A stretch of DNA of 64,000 nt from an uncultured Nitrososphaerota archaeon (lineage in GTDB: Archaea > Thermoproteota > Nitrososphaeria > Nitrososphaerales > CADDZS01): NCBI GenBank assembly GCA_963799845.1, contig CAWCYI010000006.1, positions 480,001-544,000 on the forward strand. The letters run 5' to 3'. The translations under genes were made by a program, and so were the position numbers. This document shows positions 39,511 through 50,147 of the stretch, one piece after another; positions within the stretch are counted from its first letter, which is position 1, and each line of letters opens with the position of its first letter. A model generated the notes under the pieces. That model searched no databases. It was not told where the DNA came from and was given only the letters and a program-made list of their open reading frames with translations.

Positions 39511-42204
39511 TTGCGTGCAAGCAGCATCGTTTTTCTCGTGCTAGCCATTTCAGCCCTTTTGGTAACACCCATCGTTTTTACCTTTGGCAATGGAGTCCCA
39601 AATTCAAAGTTTCTGGCGCCTTCGACCTCATCGCCCTATTCCGAGAACCTTTCGCTTTATCTGACCTCGAGCGAGACTTTTTGGCGGGTGGATCTATTTG
39701 GCGGGAACATCACCGTTAGCTCGGTTTCACCCCCGTCATCGGTTTCAGGTTACTCGATCACTCTAACTCATTACGATACTTGGAAGTCACAGTTCGAAAT
39801 ATTCACGAAATACGGCTACGGTCTTCTCGGGGGCAGTGAACCTTATCCGGATGGCGCGGTTTTAGTTGTGAATACCACCTCCCAGTCTGATGCGTCCCAG
39901 CTTGCAAATTCGCTTAGCCAGCACTTCGGCTTGGCTTTTGAGCAGATTGCGTCTTCCTCCGGCAGTTTTACTTTCTTCTCCCCGATCTCATACGTAACCG
40001 AGATCCATGTGTATTTCTTTCCCCTGATTCCGCAATCAGCAAAAGGATTTGCTTCAATGTTCACTGAATCACAACTCGAATCGAACGATCTCGACTATTT
40101 CAAACTCAGCTATTCCTCCAGCTCATCAGAATACTCGCTGTCGTATGGAGGACTTGCGGCGCTCAGCTCAACATCATTCTCGCTGTACAGCCAGCTCGGG
40201 TTGATTCAGAGCGCCTACAATTATTCATCGGATGCCACAAGTTCGACGATACAAATACATGTTCTGGGCGGTCTGATCAGCGCGTCAAACGCCACCTTCG
40301 TGAATAATTTTTCCAATCTCTCTGCGTCATTGACCGCCAGCGCTGCGACCGCGACGGGAAATAGTTCCAATACAGTCCCGAACATTAACGCAACTTTGGA
40401 CTTTTCATTTCCCACAATTCTGGCTTACAGACAGATCACGCCTACGCTGACTCCTTCTCACGACGCGAACGTATCCGTAACGGTTTACGTCAGAAACGTC
40501 AGTCCAACCAGCGCTCCGACAGCAAATAACGTGCAGTTCAACGATTCTTGGATTTACAATAACAAGAACGACTTCAATCTGACCGTGGGACAGACAGGGA
40601 AGGATGCTAACCTTTCCTCCGGCACCACGGAAACAGTCGCTTACGCATTTACCGTTGTTGGTTCTAACGGAACAATACATGTACCGGCAACTCCAGTCAC
40701 TTATCAGTTCAGTTCTGCTGGAAACAAGACTGTGACTGCAACTGCATACCTGAACCCGGAGACTATTGTAATTGGAGGGGCAAATACCCCCCTGCTCGAA
40801 GCAACTGAGAGCCTGCCTAGCGGCACAATTCAAGCAGGGCAAACCTTTTCGGTGAACGTCTCGATTACAAACAAGGGTAGCGGCCCCGCAATCAACCTAG
40901 TTTCAGGGACTCTGAAGAAAGCAAACCTCCCCGTTGGATCAACGTGGAGCTTCCTGTCAAATGCAAGCTCGGGTGGTCTCACTTCAACAAATTCCACCGT
41001 ATCGTATCCGGTTTCTTGGTTTGACGCGAGTGGAGCTGCGCACAACACTACGACGAATACTATGAGCGCCGTTTTCAGCTTCAGTTCGCCGGGAACGCCA
41101 GCCATGTACCTGATAAAGTCGGTTCAACTTTCTAACACATCTGAATCTGCGAATGTCACGCTTACGGTCTTTAACGGATCTCCGAACGAAGTGTCGAACG
41201 TTTCGATCCTGGACTCTTTTCCGACCGGATTGATGTTCTCGAAGAGCTTCAATACTACAAGCCTTCATTCCAGCGGACAGTCGGTTAACGTCAACATTTC
41301 ATCACTGCCGGGAAGTTCGAACGAGTCATTCATTTATTCGATGAATGTAACGGCTCAGAACCAGAATTTCATCTTCCCTCCTGCAAATATTTCTGCCAGT
41401 TGGAATAATGAAACCATAGTCCACTACAGCGGGGGTTACGGTCTTCCTCTAGGAGTCAAAGCTACTAAAATGATTACGCCGTCGGAGGGATTTCAGGGAA
41501 CCAACGTAACGATTTCCCTTGATGTTGTCAACAACGGTTCTCTGCCGGTTTATGATGCCAGCCTCGGCATAGTTCAGGATTCGTTCCTGCAAATAACTTC
41601 ATCGCAAAACTCTTCCCTCCAGTCAGTTCTCGGAGCCGGACAGACGTTAGCCGAGTCGCTAAACGGATATCTTACCGGGACGCAGGGGACATACAACGCT
41701 TCATCAGCAGTCGCGAGCTTCCTCTTTGCGGGAACAAATCAAACGGCGTCGAGCAACACATTCAACGTAACGGTCTACGCCCTACCCAGCGCAAATCTCA
41801 CTTTCAGCGGCCTCAAGATCGAGGAGGATCACAACATTGTCGTTTCAGAAACGGTCGAAAATCCGTCTAACGTCGTAATCAGTGATGTAACATTTAGAAT
41901 TGCGGTTCCGAAGGGGTTGACAGTCGAAAGCGGTCAGAGCCCCAACTTTACTATACCGTCAATCGCTGCAAACTCCAACGCCACCCACCAGTTCACGATA
42001 ATAACCAGCCAGCCCAACGCATACGAGTTCGGAAAGGGCAACCTGACATTCTACTACCAGAACCACATCGTCTTTGGAAACAGCAGCGTTGTAATAGTAA
42101 ATATCAGTGACGACATCACTTTGAGGTACGGCATTCCAATAATAATCGGGCTCGTAATTGTCGTCGGAACTATACTTTACGTTCGCAGGCTGACTCCAAA
42201 GTAA
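39511..42204 (+). CDS. Large S-layer-like surface glycoprotein (Ig/CARDB-like repeats)
   Basis: Signal peptide, Ser/Thr/Asn-rich with many NxS/T sequons, C-terminal TM anchor. Confidence 0.75.
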   Translation: MRASSIVFLVLAISALLVTPIVFTFGNGVPNSKFLAPSTSSPYSENLSLYLTSSETFWRVDLFGGNITVSSVSPPSSVSGYSITLTHYDTWKSQFEIFTKYGYGLLGGSEPYPDGAVLVVNTTSQSDASQLANSLSQHFGLAFEQIASSSGSFTFFSPISYVTEIHVYFFPLIPQSAKGFASMFTESQLESNDLDYFKLSYSSSSSEYSLSYGGLAALSSTSFSLYSQLGLIQSAYNYSSDATSSTIQIHVLGGLISASNATFVNNFSNLSASLTASAATATGNSSNTVPNINATLDFSFPTILAYRQITPTLTPSHDANVSVTVYVRNVSPTSAPTANNVQFNDSWIYNNKNDFNLTVGQTGKDANLSSGTTETVAYAFTVVGSNGTIHVPATPVTYQFSSAGNKTVTATAYLNPETIVIGGANTPLLEATESLPSGTIQAGQTFSVNVSITNKGSGPAINLVSGTLKKANLPVGSTWSFLSNASSGGLTSTNSTVSYPVSWFDASGAAHNTTTNTMSAVFSFSSPGTPAMYLIKSVQLSNTSESANVTLTVFNGSPNEVSNVSILDSFPTGLMFSKSFNTTSLHSSGQSVNVNISSLPGSSNESFIYSMNVTAQNQNFIFPPANISASWNNETIVHYSGGYGLPLGVKATKMITPSEGFQGTNVTISLDVVNNGSLPVYDASLGIVQDSFLQITSSQNSSLQSVLGAGQTLAESLNGYLTGTQGTYNASSAVASFLFAGTNQTASSNTFNVTVYALPSANLTFSGLKIEEDHNIVVSETVENPSNVVISDVTFRIAVPKGLTVESGQSPNFTIPSIAANSNATHQFTIITSQPNAYEFGKGNLTFYYQNHIVFGNSSVVIVNISDDITLRYGIPIIIGLVIVVGTILYVRRLTPK

Positions 42205-42261
42205 TTACGTTATTTCTAACTGCTATGCTAAAAAGCGGGAATTATCTACGTTGTTCTGATC

Positions 42262-43044
42262 TTGACTTCGCAACCCGTCGGCGAAAAGACCAGGCGAATC
42301 TTGCAGGATCTTGGTCTCACTGACTATGAGATCAAGGCATACATCAGTCTGCTTTCTAATCCAGGGGTTCAGGCAAGCGAGGTCAGCAAGGGATCGGACG
42401 TTCCAGTGTCCAAAATTTACGAAATCTTGGGAAACCTCGAACGTAAGGGATGGGTCGAGTCCCAGCACAGCCGACCAACCAGGTATTTCCCAAAGTCGCC
42501 TTCGACCGCCCTTCAAGCTCTCCGCCTGAGGATGGAGGCCGAACTGAAGCAAAATGAGGACCACCTTCTCAGCGAACTGATGCCCCTCTATGAGATGAAG
42601 GAGATACAGGAGAGGCCCGACATCTGGATAATTCGCGGCGACTACAACATCATTGCGAAGATAACTGAATCGATCGACCGCTGCAAGAAGGAACTTCTCG
42701 TCGTAATCCCGCCTGCTCTAAATTCTGTGGTCGAACTTGTTATCCCCGCTCTCACCAACGTCAAGGCTGCCGGGGTAAATGTCAGAATCTTGATGAGCGG
42801 AGAGGTTGCCGAACGATCGATGGTGAAGATAGCGTCGCTGGCGGAGCTGCGCATGAAGGAGAATATGTTCGGGGGCGGAGTCATCGTGGATGCAACCGAG
42901 GTGATCTTGTTGTTAGGGCGTAGCTCGGAGAACAGAGAAGCTCTCGCAATCTGGTCTGACCACGCTGGTCTTGCTTCTTTTGCCAAGAACTATTTTGAGT
43001 TCCTCTGGACCGAAGCTCTCCCAAAGGAAAAAGTACGTTCGTAG
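42262..43044 (+). CDS. TrmB family transcriptional regulator
   Basis: LGLTDYEIKAY...VPVSKIYEILGNLERKGWV. Confidence 0.92.
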   Translation: MTSQPVGEKTRRILQDLGLTDYEIKAYISLLSNPGVQASEVSKGSDVPVSKIYEILGNLERKGWVESQHSRPTRYFPKSPSTALQALRLRMEAELKQNEDHLLSELMPLYEMKEIQERPDIWIIRGDYNIIAKITESIDRCKKELLVVIPPALNSVVELVIPALTNVKAAGVNVRILMSGEVAERSMVKIASLAELRMKENMFGGGVIVDATEVILLLGRSSENREALAIWSDHAGLASFAKNYFEFLWTEALPKEKVRS

Positions 43045-43140
43045 AGACTCTGAAGTGCACTCACTATTCGTTTTGAAAGGTCGATTATTTTTTATATGAT
43101 TTGCAAACTGGAAGTTGTTTGGAACAAGACAGGGTAGAAT

Positions 43141-43587
43141 ATGATCGAGGAAACGTCGGCGGGAGCGGTTGTTTTTCGAGAAGATCCCGTTCGGTCCGCC
43201 CGTCTGTTTCTCGTGCTCCATTATCCTGCCGGACACTGGGACTTCCCAAAGGGAGCCGTCGAGAAGGGAGAAACTGAAGAGCAGGCGGCAAAGAGAGAGA
43301 TATTCGAAGAAACCGGAATACGAGTTGATTCATTTATTTCGAATTTTCGAAAGCAGATCGAGTACTACTACAGGAGGCAGGATAACCTCGCCCACAAACG
43401 CGTGATATTTTTCCTCGCCAAGACTAACGAGAGCAAGGTGCGTATCTCATTCGAGCATTCCGGCTATGATTGGCTCACGTTCGAGCAACTACTGCGCAGA
43501 TTGACGTTCGAAAATGCGAAGAACGTTTTACGGGAAGCTAATTCATTCCTCACGAAGGAAGCATCATCGTCTCAAAAATCTGCCTAG
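43141..43587 (+). CDS. NUDIX hydrolase (Ap4A hydrolase-like)
   Basis: PKG...GETEEQAAKREIFEETG NUDIX box. Confidence 0.92.
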   Translation: MIEETSAGAVVFREDPVRSARLFLVLHYPAGHWDFPKGAVEKGETEEQAAKREIFEETGIRVDSFISNFRKQIEYYYRRQDNLAHKRVIFFLAKTNESKVRISFEHSGYDWLTFEQLLRRLTFENAKNVLREANSFLTKEASSSQKSA

Positions 43588-44341
43588 CCGCCGCTCGCGG
43601 ATCGGGTTCTGAGATGATAGATCTCCCGAATATCAAATAATCGGCTCCTGCCTCTATCGCGGCCCTCGCATCTCCGCCCTGCGCGCCTGAGCCCGGGGAA
43701 ATTATCTTGATGTCTTTCTTCAACCTAGAACGCGCGATCCTGATCTTTTCTGTCCGCGTCGTTCCCAATACGACTCCATCTGATCCCCAGGTATTTGCTC
43801 TTTCGAGCATAAGATCAAAGATAGAACTGCCGTTTTTCAGCTCAAGACCATAGCCCTCATCAGCGCCCGGGTGACTCATGTACGCGAGGCTGATCACACC
43901 TTTTCCGAGTTTGTGGGAGGTTTCGTAGACTTCATCGAGAGCTCCCTTGAAGCCGACAAACGGATTCACGATCACCGCGTCAAACCCGGAGTCCCAGAGA
44001 TAATCCGTTGCAACCACATCGGTGCTGTCGATGTCGTTCAGCTTGATGTCAGCTATGGAGACCAATCCGTCGGAGTGAACGCTATCGTTCAGCGCCGAAA
44101 TCTCATGAAGCGAAAGCGGAATGATCAAATGGAAATTGATCTTTACGCAGCAGACAAAATCAGAAACAAATTCGACTAATTTCAGGGAATCGCTCAGGAG
44201 ATTCCCCGTTTTCTTTCTGTGGGGGATATCTAGCGCCAGAATAATTTTTGATTTTGTTTTCTTCGAACATTCATCAAGAAGTTTGTTAAAAGGCTCTGTC
44301 GCTGGTGAACCAGATTTTCTGTCATCCGACACCCGGTTCAA
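43550..44341 (-). CDS. pyrF: Orotidine 5'-phosphate decarboxylase
   Basis: ADIKLNDI, SPGSGAQGG, IFGRSI. Confidence 0.92.
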   Translation of the reverse strand: MNRVSDDRKSGSPATEPFNKLLDECSKKTKSKIILALDIPHRKKTGNLLSDSLKLVEFVSDFVCCVKINFHLIIPLSLHEISALNDSVHSDGLVSIADIKLNDIDSTDVVATDYLWDSGFDAVIVNPFVGFKGALDEVYETSHKLGKGVISLAYMSHPGADEGYGLELKNGSSIFDLMLERANTWGSDGVVLGTTRTEKIRIARSRLKKDIKIISPGSGAQGGDARAAIEAGADYLIFGRSIISEPDPRAAARQIFETMMLPS

Positions 44342-45051
44342 TCAGATTCGACTAGGGGGTGCCTCTCTTTAAGCCTAATAATCTTTACATAGAAACTGCC
44401 ATGTTCATCTGTTCTGTTTGTAAAGAAGGCTTGAGCTTTTGACGTGGAGTACCCTACAAAGTTTTGCTCGGGCTTCGAATCCTGCTCATAAAAAAAGAAA
44501 ATTGACGCCTCTTCAAATTCTTCAATCCTCGTAAATGCCCCCACAATCCATTTTCCCTTTCCTGAGGGAAAGGCAAATATCGGCAGAGGGGGTTCCTCGA
44601 ACATTATTTTGTAAGTTGCCACTTTCACCAGACTCATCAGGTCTTTGACCTGCAGGGAAAGAAATTTCGGACTTTTTCGTTTTCTAGTTTTCAAATCGTC
44701 CTCGAAGATCTTTGGGAAACGTAAGACCTCGATTATCGGAGCGTAAACCACGGAGGGGTTAACCGGCACGTCAACCAGGCTAATCTCCTCCCCGGCGGAA
44801 GTTGTTCGATAACCTAGGAAATGTTTTGAATCCACCGCCTTTGCGTAGTAGAAGACCGGTGATCCAACGAAAAAGTCGAGCTGGGTCGAGATCCGAAAAT
44901 TATCCCCGTCACGGCTGATGAACGTCGGAAGTGGAGCACGCTCCAGTGCGCAGGCAAGCCGAGCGAGGTCGTTAAGAGATTCCAATTCGATGAATGTCGC
45001 GGGTCTCAGACTTTTTTCGAGACCTTCGGTTCTGGATTGGGCTCTAGGCAA
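44338..45051 (-). CDS. Conserved archaeal hypothetical protein (internally duplicated domain)
   Basis: Repeated ELESLNDLARL / QVKDLMSLVKV units. Confidence 0.7.
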   Translation of the reverse strand: MPRAQSRTEGLEKSLRPATFIELESLNDLARLACALERAPLPTFISRDGDNFRISTQLDFFVGSPVFYYAKAVDSKHFLGYRTTSAGEEISLVDVPVNPSVVYAPIIEVLRFPKIFEDDLKTRKRKSPKFLSLQVKDLMSLVKVATYKIMFEEPPLPIFAFPSGKGKWIVGAFTRIEEFEEASIFFFYEQDSKPEQNFVGYSTSKAQAFFTNRTDEHGSFYVKIIRLKERHPLVESD

Positions 45052-45125
45052 ACAAAAATTTCGCGTCTAATTAATTAGATAAGGTTTGCATATCCAAATC
45101 TCCGGATTTCATTTCGAGATCTTTT

Positions 45126-45587
45126 GTGAGCGTCGGAATTCGAATGAGTACCAAACAAGAAAGAGGAATTTCCTTGGTTTATGAAAGGATCAAGAGATCG
45201 CAAAATCGGGTGATTTCGCTAAATAATGAAAATCGACTCAGAGATTTGAACGAAATCTGGGAAGCTTACTACGATGTCGAGGAGGCCATTCTTATCTCAA
45301 AAATCATCTTCGGAGGGTTTGATAAGCCGGGCAAGTTGAGAAAATTAAACGTCCCGCCAAATTTCGACTTTTCCAAATTGACTGACCGTGAAATTAGGGC
45401 AAGGTTTGAATTCACTGGAAAAAACCTTTCCTCCGCGGAAAGCAAGCTCGGAATTAGATCGGGAGACGAGACGATCGAATACTTGCGCAAAGCTCGTGAT
45501 GAACTCAAAGTTATGCTTTTGAGTCCAGAGAAGCTTTCTAGGAAAGTACCCAGAACAGGAAGCGCCAGGCGGCGAGCCCGGACCTAG
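45126..45587 (+). CDS. Hypothetical helical protein
   Basis: Intergenic-filling ORF with coding-like composition. Confidence 0.55.
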   Translation: MSVGIRMSTKQERGISLVYERIKRSQNRVISLNNENRLRDLNEIWEAYYDVEEAILISKIIFGGFDKPGKLRKLNVPPNFDFSKLTDREIRARFEFTGKNLSSAESKLGIRSGDETIEYLRKARDELKVMLLSPEKLSRKVPRTGSARRRART

Positions 45588-45598
45588 ATTCGCATGAA

Positions 45599-45910
45599 CT
45601 ACTCTTTCTTTTCAGGAGAAGTTTCTTTCTCCTTCTCTTCTTCATCTTCTTTTTCGAGTTTCTTCTTCACGAAAGTTAGCGAACCGCCCTCGCTGAGCAA
45701 TCGAAATTGCTTTTTCAAATCTTTGGCGTGGAGGAACCGCTTAAGATAAGTCCTGACCTCTGGCGATGTTACGTGTGACCTAGGCGACTTGTCATCAAAC
45801 GTAATGACGTCTCCATCCTTGTCGCTCTTTACCGGAAGTTTACTCTCTATGAATGTGACAACATCATCCTTCAAATCCGAATCCAGTGACGAAACGTCTA
45901 TGCTTACCAT
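45599..45910 (-). CDS. Putative eL22 (L22e)-like ribosomal protein
   Basis: IDV...FIESKL...VRTYLKRFLHAKDLKKQFRLLS plus a charged tail resembles eL22. Confidence 0.55.
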   Translation of the reverse strand: MVSIDVSSLDSDLKDDVVTFIESKLPVKSDKDGDVITFDDKSPRSHVTSPEVRTYLKRFLHAKDLKKQFRLLSEGGSLTFVKKKLEKEDEEEKEKETSPEKKE

Positions 45911-46941
45911 TTCCTGCTTTCCTTTCTCCTTTCTATTATATCCTCAGCTTCCGGGCCGGTCCCGATATAAACTACAGGTGTCCCCAATTCTGCTTCAATC
46001 TTATCAATAAACGCTTTCGCATCGGGCGGGAGGCGGTCATACTCTCTCTCGTGGCTTGATTCGGGGAACAGCGCGTCCAATTTTGTTAGACCGATCTGGG
46101 TTGCTGAATTGAGGACGACGGATTCTTTGGCGAGCTTGAAGTTGAATGGAGCGGCCCTGCGAAGTCTACCCGTAACGCTGCCGTATTCCTGCCACCCCCT
46201 CTTCACTGTCTCCTCCAGAGTCAATTCACCTTCTAAAGCGCCCGAACCGACCCTAGTAAGAAACGACTTGAACACGACTAACACATCGTCGACCCGCTTT
46301 GGCCCTATTCCTACGTCGGAGCAGATCCCGGAAGCGCTGACATCCTTGCTCGTTACATAGGGATAATCGCCATGGTAAAGCGAGAGCAAAGCGCCCTGAG
46401 TTCCCTCGACCAAAACCAGCTCCTTTCTGTCTAGGGCCGAGTTCACTTCGACCGAAACGTTCTCGACGTAATCATGGAGAATCGGATCATCCAACGCTAT
46501 CTTGCCAGCCCTCAGGACTCTGTCAGCATTCGCCGGCCCGGTGCCCGTCCCAGTAGTCCCGATGACTTCTTTCAAACGACCCTCCTTGTCCATCTCCAAG
46601 TGCTTTTTTTCAATTATAGCGCAGTTCCTGTCCACTTTGGTTCGTGAGTAAGAATTTGTTTCTGCAACTTCTTTCAGGAAAACCTCGGGATCTATGAGAA
46701 CCCCCGCGCCCAGTAAGAGAGTTGTCTTCTCATTCACGACCGCGCACGGGAGCATGCGCAGTTTCATTATTTTTCCGTGATAGAGCACGGTGTGCCCTGC
46801 ATTGGGGCCGACCCCTCCTCTAACGGCAATGGTCGGATTTTGTCTCAGGGCAAGGTACGAGATGATCTTTCCCTTCCCTTCATCCCCATAAGCTCCACCA
46901 ACAACAACGCAACAACCCATTTGAAAACACTTTGACAGCAT
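45904..46941 (-). CDS. purA: Adenylosuccinate synthetase (short archaeal type)
   Basis: GDEGKGK, GPNAGHT, EGTQG, YPYVTS, VTGRLRR. Confidence 0.96.
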   Translation of the reverse strand: MLSKCFQMGCCVVVGGAYGDEGKGKIISYLALRQNPTIAVRGGVGPNAGHTVLYHGKIMKLRMLPCAVVNEKTTLLLGAGVLIDPEVFLKEVAETNSYSRTKVDRNCAIIEKKHLEMDKEGRLKEVIGTTGTGTGPANADRVLRAGKIALDDPILHDYVENVSVEVNSALDRKELVLVEGTQGALLSLYHGDYPYVTSKDVSASGICSDVGIGPKRVDDVLVVFKSFLTRVGSGALEGELTLEETVKRGWQEYGSVTGRLRRAAPFNFKLAKESVVLNSATQIGLTKLDALFPESSHEREYDRLPPDAKAFIDKIEAELGTPVVYIGTGPEAEDIIERRKESRKW

Positions 46942-46979
46942 ATTCTCTGAGAAAATGTATTTGTTAGACTATCGTCAGG

Positions 46980-47759
46980 TTAGCGACCAAAACGCCTGGA
47001 TCTCCGCTGGTAGGTGCGAACGGCTCTCATCAAATCGATTTTTCGAAAATCCGGCCAGTACTCATCCATGAAGACAAGTTCAGAATAAGCACTCTGCCAC
47101 AAAAGGAATCCCGAGAGCCTTTCCTCGCCGGAAGTCCTGATAACGAGATCAGGATCAGGATTGGGCAGATACGAGGTATAAAGAGAGTGCTCAATCGTTT
47201 TCTGATCAATCTCGTCCGGAGAGAGCTTACCCTCTTTGACCAATTTTGCAATAGATCTTACCGAATCAACTATCTCTGCTCGTCCTCCGTAGGCTATCGC
47301 GATATTCAAGAAATGATCTGAATAGCCCGCAGTTTGTTCTTCTATTTTTACTAGTATTTCCCTCATTCTTGGAGTAACGAGTTCAAGCCTTCCAATCGCT
47401 TTGACCCTCACTTTGAAACGAGTTATCCGCTCGTCGCTGAGTAGACGGTTCAGACGTTCCGTAAAAAGCTCAAAGAGTTCCTTCAGCTCGTCAGGAGACC
47501 GGTTGAGGTTCTCCGTCGACAAAAGGTAAAGCGTAATTGTCTTGATTCCTATCTCGTGACACCATTCCAAAAGATCCTCCGCGGTGTTTGCTCCCTCGAT
47601 GTGCCCGATTACCCGTTCAATCGACTTCTTGCTGGCCCACCTTCTATTGCCGTCCAAGATAATCGCTATGTGTCTGGGGACTTCCTCCCTCCTGATACTT
47701 CTCGAAAGAATTGATCCGTATATCTGGTAAACGCCGAGATAATTCAGGATCGAAGCCAT
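46980..47759 (-). CDS. uppS: Cis-polyprenyl diphosphate synthase
   Basis: ILDGNRRW, RTSGEERLSGFLLWQ. Confidence 0.95.
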   Translation of the reverse strand: MASILNYLGVYQIYGSILSRSIRREEVPRHIAIILDGNRRWASKKSIERVIGHIEGANTAEDLLEWCHEIGIKTITLYLLSTENLNRSPDELKELFELFTERLNRLLSDERITRFKVRVKAIGRLELVTPRMREILVKIEEQTAGYSDHFLNIAIAYGGRAEIVDSVRSIAKLVKEGKLSPDEIDQKTIEHSLYTSYLPNPDPDLVIRTSGEERLSGFLLWQSAYSELVFMDEYWPDFRKIDLMRAVRTYQRRSRRFGR

Positions 47760-47956
47760 TTGCGCAACTCACTATCCAATTTGCCAGGGGCTAGTCCAGG
47801 TTTTTCTCACTGACACTGATGTCTATCTACTTTCACGATGGAAAGTTTCAATAGTTTTCAACGGCAAGCCAATGTTAGGGAACTAGGATTCTTCCTAGAA
47901 AGTCACTAAGTAAATAGGGCGTTATAACTTTTGACCCTAAACTAGTCCAACAGCGA

Positions 47957-49186
47957 TCAAACTTCGATAGCTTGGGTTTCCCTTCTTCTTCTGCTGAAAA
48001 ATCGGTACAGATATGCAGCGATAGTGAAATTCACTGCCAATGCAAACATGATTATTGCCACGAAGAAATCGCTGTTGTTTTGCGGGGAAATAAGGACGTT
48101 TGCAAAGATAGCCACTGGAAAATACAGCAATCCTAACACGAAAAGTTCGACCAGATACCTCGCAATTCTCCTGGAACCGGGACGGATTAAATTGAAGAAA
48201 ATCGTCGTCGTGATATAAATTGCAAATCCCATCCAGACGAAGAGCTGTGAAGTTCGAATGAAATACCCTGCCATCTGGGGCGCATCGTTCAGGAATAACG
48301 AAGGCGTTTTCGAAACCTCTTTCGCCAGCATACACGGGGTGGAAGAACAAGTAGCTGCCGCTCCTATCGGAAAGAACGCTGCCACTCCTGTCGCAATTCC
48401 GACGAGCACGATAAGGACGCTCGCGATTACCGAGAACAGCCGCAGGTATCCGGTCGCAGAAAGTTTCCCTATCGACTCAATTCTCCTGTCAATGTCAAAA
48501 CCTCTAATTATGAATACGACGCCGATGAAAACGACAAGTATCAAGGGAGTATCTGCATTGGGAAAAAAATACGAAGTCAAGACCAACGCAACGAAAATTA
48601 TTCCCGGCACGCCCAGGGCGTACTTTGCGTATCTCGAATCAAAAACGAGCATCCGGAGGTATCTTCCGAGAACCTGATACGATTCCTCCACGGAGCGGCT
48701 GTGCTTGACAATTACCTTTCTAATCGAAACTATTGGCACTAGACTCTGTATGACAGGGGCGAGCTCTTCACCTTCAGCCCCATCCGAAACCAATACAGCC
48801 GAATCTGCGGGATATCCTTTGAGGACATCGGCAACCTGATTTCTAATTTTCTTGTCTCCCAACACCCCGCGCTCAAACAAGCCACTGACGATCACTACCT
48901 CGCAAAACTCGCCCTTTGAAAGAAGATTATCGTATTCCTTTATCGCGGCAAATATCGCATTTGCATCAGCTTCCTCAGGATCTGAAATAGAGAGTTTGGT
49001 CGCCGCTGAAACACACGCATCCCTACCGATTATAGGAGTCTTCATCCCTGTTTTGACGCCAATGTCGTCGTCCCGATCAATGCAGATAATTAGAGTCCGT
49101 GAAGGTTTCGTACTTCCGGATTCGGCACTGCTGGACAAAGTAGAACGACTGAAACTCGATGCACGTATTGGTGTGTCTTGTTTCAT
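47957..49186 (-). CDS. DUF373 family membrane protein
   Basis: CIDRDDDIG, DPEEADAN, VSDGAE; C-terminal TMs. Confidence 0.85.
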   Translation of the reverse strand: MKQDTPIRASSFSRSTLSSSAESGSTKPSRTLIICIDRDDDIGVKTGMKTPIIGRDACVSAATKLSISDPEEADANAIFAAIKEYDNLLSKGEFCEVVIVSGLFERGVLGDKKIRNQVADVLKGYPADSAVLVSDGAEGEELAPVIQSLVPIVSIRKVIVKHSRSVEESYQVLGRYLRMLVFDSRYAKYALGVPGIIFVALVLTSYFFPNADTPLILVVFIGVVFIIRGFDIDRRIESIGKLSATGYLRLFSVIASVLIVLVGIATGVAAFFPIGAAATCSSTPCMLAKEVSKTPSLFLNDAPQMAGYFIRTSQLFVWMGFAIYITTTIFFNLIRPGSRRIARYLVELFVLGLLYFPVAIFANVLISPQNNSDFFVAIIMFALAVNFTIAAYLYRFFSRRRRETQAIEV

Positions 49187-49205
49187 GGGCTCAAAACGGC
49201 TTGCA

Positions 49206-50084
49206 TCACTTTAGGATCTCGTTGTCGTCTCCAAAGACTAGCTTCAGCTCGTCAAGACTGAGCTTTTCGCCTTGTTCGTATTTTTTCCTCGCATCCTCTC
49301 TAGCTCGATCGATTATCCCCCTTGTTTTCGCCTTGTTCGTCTCGTAATCCCTGGATCGCCTTCCGTCGAGCTGGCTACGTCTCTGGTTCCTGAAACCGTC
49401 CAGATCGCCGGTGGCCTTGGTAATGTTAGTGTCCAGTTCCATCAGAGTATTATTAATTCCCTCGATTTCTTGAAACAGCTGATGCCTTTGGTTGAGCATC
49501 GTGGCAACGCGCTCATGTTTTGCCTTGACTTCGGTATCGTTCTCCGCTCTAAACCGATTCATCTCATCCAATTTCGATTTTAGCGCCTTTATTTGGTCCA
49601 GGAGAACACCGCGCTCCTGCTTCGTGGAATACGCTTTCTTCCAAACCTTCAACTTCTTTTCAAGGTCTTTAATTACGCTGACAAGCTGTTTTTCCTCGTC
49701 CCGCGATAATCGTTCAGTTTGAAGCTTCCATTCTGCCTTTTTCCGTCTCTCGTCCAGAGCTTCGCCTCCCTTTGGTATGCTCTTTTCGAACCCTTTGAGG
49801 ACTTTGTCGACTTCGTCAGACTTTGCCTTGATTTCACGGATTTTTGTGAGAAGCTCTCTTCTGTTTGCCTTGAACGTCCCCATTTTCTCATAATATTCGT
49901 CGAGAGACTTTCTATCCGCATTAATCTTCTCGGTAAGCTCCCTGATCTCTTTTCTTATCTCACGCCTTCTCTGATCAAGACGTCGATACTCATTGATCAT
50001 ATCGAGTCTTTGAGCAGCAAGAGCGTCGATCTTTTGGCTGAGAGCCTCTAGGTCAACCTCTCCTTGAGGTTGCATTATTCCCAA
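49206..50084 (-). CDS. Archaeal coiled-coil protein (COG1340-like)
   Basis: EWKLQT..LS..EEK..V; GEKLSLDELKL. Confidence 0.8.
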   Translation of the reverse strand: MGIMQPQGEVDLEALSQKIDALAAQRLDMINEYRRLDQRRREIRKEIRELTEKINADRKSLDEYYEKMGTFKANRRELLTKIREIKAKSDEVDKVLKGFEKSIPKGGEALDERRKKAEWKLQTERLSRDEEKQLVSVIKDLEKKLKVWKKAYSTKQERGVLLDQIKALKSKLDEMNRFRAENDTEVKAKHERVATMLNQRHQLFQEIEGINNTLMELDTNITKATGDLDGFRNQRRSQLDGRRSRDYETNKAKTRGIIDRAREDARKKYEQGEKLSLDELKLVFGDDNEILK

Positions 50085-50147
50085 AATTCACCCTGTTCGC
50101 TTAATATCTATTTTTACGCGCTTTGTAATAGCAAATCTAGTTATCCT

